Source: Ectobacillus panaciterrae DSM 19096
GTDB lineage: Bacteria > Bacillota > Bacilli > Bacillales > Bacillaceae_G
DNA length: 24,000 bases
Assembly: GCF_000430785.1 (NCBI RefSeq)
Contig: NZ_KE387247.1
Span: 86,301-110,300 of the forward strand
Direction of reading: 5' to 3'
Below the pieces are notes generated by a model. That model was given only the letters and a program-made list of their open reading frames with translations. It did no database searches and was not told where the DNA came from. Shown here in pieces: positions 7,992-15,006 of this stretch; positions within the stretch are counted from its first letter, which is position 1; every line of letters begins with the position of its first letter. A program made the translations under genes and the position numbers.

Positions 7992-8363
7992 ATGAAGTGG
8001 ACTACAAGAGTTGTTCAGGGATTATTAGTTATTGGTTTCCTGATGTTTGGATTCATGAAATTAACAGGGAATGCGATGCAAGTACAGGCATTTACAAAGG
8101 TATACGGATATTCAGTAGCATTTATGTATGTGGTCGGTGCTCTTGAAGTGTTAGGCGCTCTTGGACTGTTGATTGGTTACTGGAAGCCGAAACTTGCAGC
8201 GTTTGCTTCTGGAGGATTGGTATTACTCATGGCAGGTGCGGCATTTACTCATTTGAAAGCAGGTCAAGGAATGGGAATCGCTATAATGCCGCTCATTTTT
8301 CTTGTACTATCTCTTCTTGTATTTATCGGTAGACTATCGGCTTTAAAAAATACAAAGCAATAG
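7992..8363 (+). CDS. DoxX-family membrane protein
   Basis: ATG 7992 sits 8 nt after an AAAGAGG Shine-Dalgarno. The 123-aa protein has four predicted TM segments and a DoxX-like pattern (GLLVIGFLMFGFMKL..., GALEVLGALGLLIG, AFTHL). DoxX is a typical divergent partner of HxlR regulators. Confidence 0.8.
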   Translation: MKWTTRVVQGLLVIGFLMFGFMKLTGNAMQVQAFTKVYGYSVAFMYVVGALEVLGALGLLIGYWKPKLAAFASGGLVLLMAGAAFTHLKAGQGMGIAIMPLIFLVLSLLVFIGRLSALKNTKQ

Positions 8364-8918
8364 TTAAGGGAGGTAACAGATCATCTTGTAAGCGAAGCTC
8401 TTTATTTAGCTGACCCTGATGGAAATGGGATTGAAATTTATGTAGACCGACCATCTTCGACCTGGAATTGGAAAAACGGTGAAGTGGTAATGGCAACCGA
8501 ACCATTAGATGCAGAAAACCTTCTTGCGGAGGGACAAGGGAAGCCCTGGAACGCTCTTCCCGCTGGTACATTAATGGGACATATTCATTTACATGTTTCT
8601 GAATTACAAAAAACAGAAGAATTTTATAATAAGGGTCTTGGGTTTGATGTTGTGAATCGCTATGATAATCAGGCACTCTTTATTTCATCTGGTAGATACC
8701 ATCATCATATAGGTCTAAATACATGGAATGGAGTAGGTGCGCCTACGCCTTTAGAAAACAGTGTCGGATTAAAATGGTTTTCCCTTGTACTTCCAAACCA
8801 GGAAGCTAGAAAAAAAGTGGTAGAACAATTACAGAAAATCGGTGCTTGGGTAAAAGAGGAACATGGTGTTTTCCTTACGAAAGACCCTTCGGGGAATCAC
8901 ATTCAATTACGGGTTTAA
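8364..8918 (+). pseudogene. 5'-truncated two-domain VOC/extradiol-dioxygenase-family gene (CatE/Mhq-like)
   Basis: The reading frame is open from the codon after the DoxX stop. It encodes ...DHLVSEALYLADPDGNGIEIYVDRP (the end of a first VOC domain) followed by a complete second domain (GHIHLHV...YHHHIGLNTW...). Roughly 110 N-terminal codons expected for this family are missing, and no in-frame start exists before GTG 8484/ATG 8490. Confidence 0.6.
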
Positions 8919-9080
8919 TGTCGTAATTTAAAAAACATATATTCAAGGCTTATTTGGATCAAGATATGCTCAGGAACTGTTTAAGGCAATTCTTTTATCT
9001 ATGTCTAAACTAATACCGACGAAATCACTACATGAAATAGATCATTTAGTCACAAATTAATTAAAAAAAGGATGGTACTC

Positions 9081-9836
9081 ATGACACAAACTAAGCTCGA
9101 ATCTAAAGCTTTTTCTGTCCTAAAGGATAAAATCCAATTAATTAAAACAAATGAAGGTGCAATTTACTTAGTAGGGCCCATTCGACTCCCAGTTAACTTG
9201 TATGGAGAAACAGTTGTTTTCCAATGGTATTGTTGGTTAAATTGTGCGGAAGTAACAGAAGATTATGAACGAATTATTGAGAAGTTATCTTCTGTAAATT
9301 TAGCTGAATTTCAACAATCAAGTGTTTTGGTTTACGGGGATTTTGAGCAAGCGGATGATGCTCTAATTAGAATGCATTCCATCTGTCATACTGGAGATAT
9401 ATTTGGAAGCAAGCGGTGTGATTGTGGTTTTCAACTAAAACAATCTATGCAGATGATTGTAGAACATGGTACAGGAGCACTATTTTATTTAGCCAATCAT
9501 GAAGGCAGGGGAATTGGCTTATTCAGTAAAGCGATGGCGTACGTTCTTCAAGAAAATGGGTATGACACAGTAGAAGCGAACGAAAGTCTTGGTTTTGTAG
9601 ACGACTCCAGAAACTACGGCGATGCTATTCAAGTTTTAAAAGCTTTACGTGTAAAACCTGTAACATTGATAACAAATAACCCTAAGAAACTGGAAGCATT
9701 AAAAAACTCTGGTATGCATGTTTCAGGAAGAACATCTTTATGGGGAGATGTTTCGGAATTTAATGAAAGATACTTACAAACAAAAATAAAGCGCTCTGGT
9801 CATTTAAAAGATGAGGAAACTTACCCGAATGACTAA
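9081..9836 (+). CDS. ribA: Stand-alone GTP cyclohydrolase II-like protein
   Basis: Core RMHSICHTGDIFGSKRCDCGFQL...NHEGRGIGL...YDTVEAN..LG...D.R.Y...LITNNPKK with the three Zn-ligand Cys. ATG 9081 lies 8 nt after AAAGGA; the ORF-track ATG 9072 lacks a Shine-Dalgarno. The N-terminal region carries an insertion relative to E. coli RibA as I recall it. Confidence 0.8.
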   Translation: MTQTKLESKAFSVLKDKIQLIKTNEGAIYLVGPIRLPVNLYGETVVFQWYCWLNCAEVTEDYERIIEKLSSVNLAEFQQSSVLVYGDFEQADDALIRMHSICHTGDIFGSKRCDCGFQLKQSMQMIVEHGTGALFYLANHEGRGIGLFSKAMAYVLQENGYDTVEANESLGFVDDSRNYGDAIQVLKALRVKPVTLITNNPKKLEALKNSGMHVSGRTSLWGDVSEFNERYLQTKIKRSGHLKDEETYPND

Positions 9837-10057
9837 CCATGAATTCGATATGGAGTTGGCTTTAAAAAATGCAAAATGATAAACTGATTTTATATATAGC
9901 GCCAAAAGTGATTGGTGGAAAGGCGGCTCCGAGCTTTTTAGAGGGTATGGGTGTTGTAAATATGAGAGATGCAATTGAATTTACAGATGTAGCATTCGTT
10001 CAGGTCAGTAAAGATTATAAATTTGTTGGTTACCCCATATATAGTGCAGCTACCTGA
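9829..10057 (+). pseudogene. ribD: ribD remnant with a large internal deletion (N-terminal 16 codons joined out of frame to the C-terminal ~60 codons)
   Basis: ATG 9829 overlaps the ribA-like stop (ATGACTAA) and encodes MTNHEFDMELALKNAK, then a stop. This resembles the RibD N-terminus (..YM.LAL.LAK..). From about 9878, another frame encodes DKLILYIAPKVIGGKAAPSF...KDYKFVGYPIY, the typical C-terminal end of the RibD reductase domain. The deaminase and most of the reductase domain are absent. Confidence 0.6.
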
Positions 10058-10081
10058 CAACATAGGGAGGTAGGGAATGGA

Positions 10082-10654
10082 ATGAAATTCGGATTTGATA
10101 TCGATGATACATTAATTAATCTTAGAGAGCACGCGTTTCACTTGTACAATCAAAAGCTGAATCAAAATGTTGGGATTGATGTATTCCATGCTTTAAAAAC
10201 CGTTGAGATTCATGAGATTTTTGGATTGTCTGCAGAAGAGGGGAAGCAGATGTGGAATAGCTTACTGGAGGAAATCTATTATACATCTTGTCCTCCTTTT
10301 CCCCATGCAGTGGAAACCCTGCAAGAGCTAGAAAAAAAGGGCCATGAAGTATATTACGTGACAGCCCGCCCCAAGGAGCATGGCGAACGAACCAAGCAAT
10401 GGCTTATTAAGAATGGGTTTCCAGTTCATGAGAATCATTTTTTCTACGGAATGAATGATGAAGACAAAGTCCATATTATCCAAGAATTACAACTCGATTA
10501 TTTCTTTGATGATAAACCAACTGTTCTCGAAACATTGATTGATAAGCCGCTTAAAGTGTACGCAAAAAGAACTTCTTATAACCAACATCTTACGATTCCC
10601 AGTATTACAAACTGGTCAGAATTATGGGACATCATTAAGAATGATAGGAAATAA
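10082..10654 (+). CDS. HAD-superfamily phosphatase/nucleotidase (YqfW/NT5C-like)
   Basis: 190-aa ORF with a GGGAGG Shine-Dalgarno upstream. HAD motif I is DIDDT, motif II is VTAR, and motif IV is an acidic FFDDK. Confidence 0.75.
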   Translation: MKFGFDIDDTLINLREHAFHLYNQKLNQNVGIDVFHALKTVEIHEIFGLSAEEGKQMWNSLLEEIYYTSCPPFPHAVETLQELEKKGHEVYYVTARPKEHGERTKQWLIKNGFPVHENHFFYGMNDEDKVHIIQELQLDYFFDDKPTVLETLIDKPLKVYAKRTSYNQHLTIPSITNWSELWDIIKNDRK

Positions 10655-10664
10655 AATACAAAAC

Positions 10665-10839
10665 ATACTGTAGGTACCATCTGACAGTAAGAAGAATAAT
10701 ATCGGATTGATAATGTTTCCACTTGAATAAATTTTGCTTTTCCATACTGAACACCATCCCTTTTCTAGGTTGATAGTATCAGTATGTTCAAGATTTAGAG
10801 ATTAGTTTTAAGTCAGCTGAAATTTTTGCCCCAGAATCC
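10665..10839 (-). mobile_element. IS6-family insertion sequence remnant (left IR plus the first ~27 transposase codons)
   Basis: The minus strand reads GGATTCTGGGGCAAAAATTT (complement 10839-10820), resembling the IS6-family IR GGTTCTGTTGCAAAGTTT. About 95 nt further on, the ATG at complement 10745 encodes MEKQNLFKWKHYQSDIILLTVRWYLQY, a typical IS6 (IS26/IS257/IS240) transposase N-terminus. Similarity ends abruptly next to the HAD gene stop. Confidence 0.6.
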
Positions 10840-10864
10840 TTTTCTAAGTAAAAGATAAAAATTA

Positions 10865-10912
10865 AAAAACGCTCAAGAAACTTTGTATATTTAGGTTCCT
10901 TGAGTGTTTTTT
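10865..10912. terminator. Long hairpin flanked by an A-run and a T-run (terminator-like) inside the IS debris
   Basis: AAAAAACGCTCAAGAAAC (10865-10882) and GTTCCTTGAGTGTTTTTT (10895-10912) pair at about 12 of 14 core positions. Confidence 0.45.
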
Positions 10913-11037
10913 AATTCCTCTAACGGATTTTATGTTAACTTCACTTTACATGAGTATAATATTCATCTTAAAAGTTTAAAATATATAAGTTCATTTCGTT
11001 AGCAGGAAATTTATGTCCTATGTTTTTTTGCAATCAT

Positions 11038-11052
11038 CTTTGCACCAGAACC
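11038..11052 (-). mobile_element. Second IS6-family terminal inverted repeat
   Basis: The minus strand reads GGTTCTGGTGCAAAG, which matches 14 of 15 positions of the IS6-family IR GGTTCTGTTGCAAAG. It directly abuts and truncates the IS3-family fragment. Confidence 0.6.
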
Positions 11053-11053
11053 T

Positions 11054-11163
11054 TTATTTTTGTACCCCTTTATGCTTCATTTCAACTACTTTCCACTTTA
11101 TTTCTGCAGGATAATGCATCCTTGTACCCATACGACATTGTCCCATTATCGGGGGGCGCTCCA
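11054..11163 (-). mobile_element. IS3-family (IS150-group-like) left end: IRL plus the first 25 codons of orfA, cut by the IS6 IR
   Basis: The minus strand reads TGGAGCGCCCCCCGATAATGGGACA (complement 11163-11139), an IS3-type TG... IR. The ATG at complement 11131 then encodes MGTRMHYPAEIKWKVVEMKHKGVQK, resembling the HTH OrfA N-terminus MGTR.SYP.E.K.KAIEM...G. The frame ends where the IS6 IR begins. Confidence 0.55.
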
Positions 11164-11165
11164 AT

Positions 11166-11432
11166 ATGTTCGACTTTTTTAAACTGACCCTTTTCTTGTA
11201 TTGTGCTGTCATTGGCTTAGGGGATCTATTAAAAATGAAGTGTCCAAACAAGCTAAGCATTCCTATGGGCTTAATCATGTTTGGCTTGTCATTAGTTATA
11301 GCTTCTAGTTTCACAGAGCACCTCGATGTGGGGCTGCGTATTGTCCCCTATTACTTACATATCCCTTTTCAGATTGTCATCCCATTACTGCTTTTAGGGA
11401 TAAGCATGGTGAAGAAGTACATGTTCAGCTAA
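11166..11432 (+). CDS. Small hydrophobic membrane protein, possibly the 3' part of a gene disrupted by the IS3 insertion
   Basis: The 88-aa ORF has 3 predicted TM stretches. Its ATG lies 3 nt outside the IS3-type IR, and the only Shine-Dalgarno-like G-run lies inside that IR. I recognise no family. Confidence 0.4.
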   Translation: MFDFFKLTLFLYCAVIGLGDLLKMKCPNKLSIPMGLIMFGLSLVIASSFTEHLDVGLRIVPYYLHIPFQIVIPLLLLGISMVKKYMFS

Positions 11433-11468
11433 TGACATATTTATGAAGATTAACTAAAAATGATTATC

Positions 11469-11497
11469 TTTACACACAGGAAACGCATTCATAATAT
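11469..11497 (+). promoter_or_regulatory. Sigma-A type promoter upstream of the alkaline phosphatase gene
   Basis: TTTACA (11469-11474), 17-nt spacer, TAATAT (11492-11497). TTAACT/TTTACA-like hexamers upstream are reminiscent of PhoP boxes, but I could not establish the phasing. Confidence 0.45.
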
Positions 11498-11560
11498 AGC
11501 GTTAAAATTACCAAAATATAATAAGTCAGTCTATCGTCTAATTTTTAGGGGGAAAAACAA

Positions 11561-12871
11561 GTGTTCAAAAAAGATCTCAAAAAGAGGCTATTCCCTTTTG
11601 CAGTCGTTTCTTCTATTGCTGTTGGTGGTTTAATTGGTGCTCTATCAACACCAACTGTTGAAGCACAAAATAATCACAGGAAAGTAAAAAACGTTATATT
11701 TATGATTCCTGATGGTTTTTCTGCTTCTTACGCAACAAACTATCGCTGGTATAAAGGTCGAGAATCTCTTCTGGATTCAATATTAGTCGGTATGCATCGA
11801 ACTTATTCAGCAAATAAAGAAGTAACGGATTCAGCAGCAGCTGGAACAGCGATGGCGACTGGTGTGAAAACAAACAACGGAATGATTAGCACTTCACCAG
11901 AAGGCAAAGAGTTGAAAACCATTCTTGAAGCAGCTGAAGAAGAAGGGAAAGCATCCGGATTAGTCGCGACTTTAACTATTACACATGCGACTCCTGCCGC
12001 TTTCGCTTCACATGTTGCCGCGCGTGCAAATGAAACAGATATTGCACCGCAATTGCTAAAAAATGGAGTAGATGTCATTCTTGGAGGCGGAAAGAAATAT
12101 TTTCCTGATTCGCTTTTAAATAAAGCAAAAGGGAAAGGATACCAATATGTTAGTGACCGGGAACAGTTAGCTGCCGCAAAAAAAACAGACAAGCTAATCG
12201 GTTTATTTGCTGAAAAAGGCTTAGCGCCTGAGTTGGATCGAGATACAACAAACCAACCTAGCCTAGCGGAGATGAGTGAAAAAGCCCTTGAAGTTCTTAA
12301 TAAGGATAAAGACGGTTTCTTCTTAATGATTGAAGGTAGCCAAATTGATCGGGCAGGACATGCTCATGATGCAGCATGGGCAATGAAAGATACTGAAGCA
12401 TTCGAAGCAGCGCTGGCAAAAGTTTTGGAATTCGCGAAAAAGGATAAAAATACGTTAGTTGTTGTCGCTGGTGACCATGATACGGGCGGCATGTCTGTTG
12501 GCGGTTACGGTAAATATGATGCAAATGTTGAATTGCTTCGTAATGTAGCTGCAACGGGTAACTTTATGGCAGGCAAGTTGAACGCTGGCCGCAGCAATGT
12601 AAAAGAAGTAGTTAAACAGTATGCGAACATCGACCTTACAGATGAAGAAGCTAAAAGAATCAAAGCTGTAAAAAAGCCGGATATAGCAATTAACGAAGTA
12701 ATTTCTGAACGTGCATTAGTTGGATGGACAACTTCCCAGCATACTGGTACAGATGTTCCGCTATATGCATTCGGACCTTGCTCTAACCTGTTTAGCGGTT
12801 TACACAATAACACAGATTTGCCTCAATTAATGGCACAAGCTATGAAAATCCACTTTAGCCCATCTAAATAA
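11561..12871 (+). CDS. Alkaline phosphatase (PhoA/PhoB family), secreted
   Basis: GTG start after a TAGGGGGA Shine-Dalgarno. It has a signal peptide and the catalytic motifs PDG, DSAAAGTA (active-site Ser), THATPA, EGSQIDRAGHAHD, GDHDTGG and HTGTDVP. Confidence 0.92.
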   Translation: MFKKDLKKRLFPFAVVSSIAVGGLIGALSTPTVEAQNNHRKVKNVIFMIPDGFSASYATNYRWYKGRESLLDSILVGMHRTYSANKEVTDSAAAGTAMATGVKTNNGMISTSPEGKELKTILEAAEEEGKASGLVATLTITHATPAAFASHVAARANETDIAPQLLKNGVDVILGGGKKYFPDSLLNKAKGKGYQYVSDREQLAAAKKTDKLIGLFAEKGLAPELDRDTTNQPSLAEMSEKALEVLNKDKDGFFLMIEGSQIDRAGHAHDAAWAMKDTEAFEAALAKVLEFAKKDKNTLVVVAGDHDTGGMSVGGYGKYDANVELLRNVAATGNFMAGKLNAGRSNVKEVVKQYANIDLTDEEAKRIKAVKKPDIAINEVISERALVGWTTSQHTGTDVPLYAFGPCSNLFSGLHNNTDLPQLMAQAMKIHFSPSK

Positions 12872-12897
12872 TTGAGCCAGATGGAATTTTTTGAATG

Positions 12898-12934
12898 AAA
12901 AACACTGCTGAATAACAACCAGCAGTGTTTTTCC
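12898..12934 (+). terminator. Rho-independent terminator of the alkaline phosphatase gene
   Basis: AAAAACACTGCTG (12898-12910) pairs perfectly with CAGCAGTGTTTTT (12920-12932) and is followed by a T-run. Confidence 0.85.
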
Positions 12935-12943
12935 TGTATCAAA

Positions 12944-13139
12944 CTATATAAATGGAACTAAAAAAATCGACATAAAAACTTTTCTTTTAGGGGGGAGAGA
13001 GCATCCGACTAAGCGTAGAAGCGGTCAAACCCTTTTCGTGGCCCATGCAGGGAGAGAGAGAGGGAGCGAGCGCAGTTTCCCTGTTGTTCTACGTGGCAAA
13101 CGATAGATATGTCGGAATAACAAAGTGGACTTATATATA
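12944..13139 (-). repeat. MITE-like interspersed element, copy D (diverged, ~196 bp)
   Basis: The reverse complement aligns with copies A-C, sharing ...CCCTGCATGGGCCACGAAAAGGGTTTGACCGCTTCT...GGATGCTCTC. Both arms end in ..TCGACAT / ..CCGACAT after CTATATA termini. Confidence 0.65.
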
Positions 13140-13310
13140 AGTGAATAAAAAACCGTTTATAGTGGGAAGAGATGATCCGGCGACGTGCAGAAGCGGTCAA
13201 ACCTTTGTAGTGGTTCATACAAGGGTAAACCAGAGAGAAGAAGCATACCATACTTCCTTTTGGTTGCACATAGCACATAAATGTCGAAATTATCATTCAC
13301 TCATATATAG
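13132..13310 (-). repeat. MITE-like interspersed element, copy C (~179 bp), abutting copy D
   Basis: The reverse complement is near-identical to copy B by eye. It shares the TATATATA at 13132-13139 with the end of copy D. Confidence 0.75.
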
Positions 13311-13416
13311 TTTGTTATTCAGAGAGTTGACTTCTTTAGAAACTGGAAAAAAGTTAAGTTGATCGCATTCATTTTCATTCTAGATACTGGCAGTATCGAA
13401 TTCAACTATTAGTCTA

Positions 13417-14274
13417 TTACTGTGAACGTCTGCGTCTGGAACTTCCGCGTGAGCGACGGTTAGATATTTGGTTGTCTTTGGATATAAGTAATATTAATAA
13501 GAATATAATCAAGGCTATAAGTATTCTATTAGTATTTGAGTTATTAGCCCTGACATCGCCTTGTAAACCAACAGAGTCAGCATCATTGAGCAATGCTGCA
13601 TGAGCACCTTGTAAACCAACAGAGTCAGCATCATTGAGCAATGCTGCATGAGCATCTTGTAAACCAACAGAGTCAGCATCATTGAGCAATGCTGCATGAG
13701 CATCTTGTAAACCAACAGAGTCAGCATCATTGAACAATGCTACATAAGCATCTTGTAAACCAACAGAGTCAGCATCGTTGAACAATTCTACATAATCATC
13801 TTGTAAACCAACAGAATCAGCATCGTTGGGCAATTCTACATAATCATCTTGTAAATCAACAGAGTCAGCATCGTTGAGCAATTCTACATAATCATCTTGT
13901 AAACCAACAGAGTCAGCATCGTTGAGCAATGCTGCATAATCATCTTGTAAACCAACAGAGTTAGCATTATTGAGCAATGCTGCATAATCATCTTGCAAAC
14001 TAACAGAGTTAGCATTATTGAGTAATTCTGTAAAATCACCTTGCAAACCAACAGAGTTAGCATCATTGAGTAATTCTGCAAAAGTAGCTTGCAAACCAAC
14101 AGAGTTAGCATCATTGAGTAATGTTGCAAAATCACCTTGAATACCACATAACTCTGGAAAGTGTTGTCTAAAGTATTGGCTAATACAATGAATATCATCA
14201 CTTTGATACGTATAGCCAAATTTGTTAGTAGTGTATGGCATATACTTTTGATGATGTTTTTTCCTAGAAGCCAT
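13417..14274 (-). CDS. Tandem-repeat protein with a C-terminal transmembrane anchor and an Arg-rich tail (unknown function)
   Basis: ATG at complement 14274 lies 8 nt after an AGGAG Shine-Dalgarno; the ORF-track TTG start at 14289 contains that Shine-Dalgarno. The 285-aa protein has a 46-aa N-terminal region, then 12 x 16-aa repeats (consensus D-x-x-A-L-L-N-D-A-D-S-V-G-L-Q-D), then ILIALIIFLLILLIS and RRSRGSSRRRRSQ. Confidence 0.7.
   Translation of the reverse strand: MASRKKHHQKYMPYTTNKFGYTYQSDDIHCISQYFRQHFPELCGIQGDFATLLNDANSVGLQATFAELLNDANSVGLQGDFTELLNNANSVSLQDDYAALLNNANSVGLQDDYAALLNDADSVGLQDDYVELLNDADSVDLQDDYVELPNDADSVGLQDDYVELFNDADSVGLQDAYVALFNDADSVGLQDAHAALLNDADSVGLQDAHAALLNDADSVGLQGAHAALLNDADSVGLQGDVRANNSNTNRILIALIIFLLILLISKDNQISNRRSRGSSRRRRSQ
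13561..14136 (-). repeat. 12 contiguous 48-bp in-frame tandem repeats within the CDS
   Basis: The unit is TCAGCATCATTGAGCAATGCTGCATGAGCA(C/T)CTTGTAAACCAACAGAG on the plus strand. Units at the gene's 3' end (13561-13750) are almost identical, and units toward the 5' end diverge progressively. Confidence 0.9.
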
Positions 14275-14360
14275 TTCTTCACTCCTCAATTAAACGCTTA
14301 ATAATACCTATACACATTCAATATATATAAAATTGAACAGATTGCTTGGACAGTCATCAC

Positions 14361-14423
14361 TATAGGATGAAAATTCATCCTATAAATTCATCCTATAAGG
14401 TTCCTATATAGCATTTCTATAGG
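14361..14423. promoter_or_regulatory. Cluster of five TCCTATA/TATAGGA motifs upstream of the repeat-protein gene
   Basis: TATAGGATGAA (14361-14371) is inverted relative to TTCATCCTATA (14374-14384). TTCATCCTATA recurs at 14387-14397. TTCCTATA is at 14401-14408 and CTATAGG at 14417-14423. Confidence 0.4.
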
Positions 14424-14692
14424 TGCTCTTTGGTTTTGCAGTATGAATGACAAGCTCAATTCTTCTATATGATGCAAAGAGGCAAATATCATGGACAAGT
14501 AGCAAATTACATTCTATTTAGAACAAAGAATGAGTGAAGGATTACTGGAATCTGGGTTATGTGAATTTTAATGAGTATCTAGCAGAATACGTTATACTTT
14601 TATTAAAATATAATTAGTCGATGCGTAAAAAGTGCCCGGCTTACGGACTCTTTTTGTACATGTTATATGTCAGATGCGGATTTAATACTTTT

Positions 14693-14735
14693 TTAAGAAA
14701 TGGTTTAGAGAATGTTTAGCTTTATGCGGTACGAT
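14693..14735 (+). promoter_or_regulatory. Phased-hexamer box plus -10 element (candidate response-regulator-dependent promoter), site 1
   Basis: TTAAGA (14693), TTTAGA (14704) and TTTAGC (14715) are spaced exactly 11 bp apart. TACGAT (14730-14735) starts 15 nt after the start of the third hexamer. The architecture and flanking TTTTTAAGAAATG are the same as site 2 at 17265-17307. Confidence 0.5.
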
Positions 14736-14863
14736 TGAAGCAGGATGGAACTCGGATAGAGGAGAATGTCTATGGAAGCTTTTTGGCTGACCAATGTGCG
14801 CTTGGAGACAGAGGGGTATATATGAAGACGGGTTGATTAAAAAATAGAGCCTGCAGATTGTTC

Positions 14864-14891
14864 TTGACCTGAACACGCCATTATATATGAT
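14864..14891 (+). promoter_or_regulatory. Sigma-A type promoter upstream of the histidine kinase gene
   Basis: TTGACC (14864-14869), 16-nt spacer, TATGAT (14886-14891). Confidence 0.45.
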
Positions 14892-15006
14892 GCAAACCTT
14901 TTGTAAGAACGCATTGCACTATCAATCATTCTGTAGGGTTGCAAAATTTAGAGACAACAGTTGCGGGGTTTTTATGAGATGTGAAAAAAATACATCTGTG
15001 CACACT

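Noticed and set aside
8919-9080. Looked for an FMN (RFN) riboswitch upstream of the GTP cyclohydrolase II-like gene
   Set aside because: None of the conserved RFN segments (for example GGGGCGGTGAAATTCC and CCGACAGT..AGTCTGGATG) are present. The region is AT-rich and unstructured by eye.
11054-11314. 86-aa minus-strand ORF taken as one gene
   Set aside because: Only its last 25 codons (11054-11131) look meaningful, as an IS3-family OrfA N-terminus starting at an internal ATG just after an IS-type IR. The upstream part is antisense to the hydrophobic plus-strand ORF.
13561-14136. Possible CRISPR array because of the regular direct repeats
   Set aside because: The units are contiguous with no unique spacers. 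The period of 48 bp is a multiple of 3 and the array is in frame with a CDS. No leader or cas genes are present.
13515-14282. Alternative-frame ORFs 13515-13730 and 13884-14282 within the 48-bp repeat array
   Set aside because: An ORF that is open in one repeat unit is open in all units. These frames give implausible Met/Leu/Cys-rich peptides and lack Shine-Dalgarno sequences. The frame with the AGGAG Shine-Dalgarno, an N-terminal unique region and a C-terminal TM anchor is preferred.
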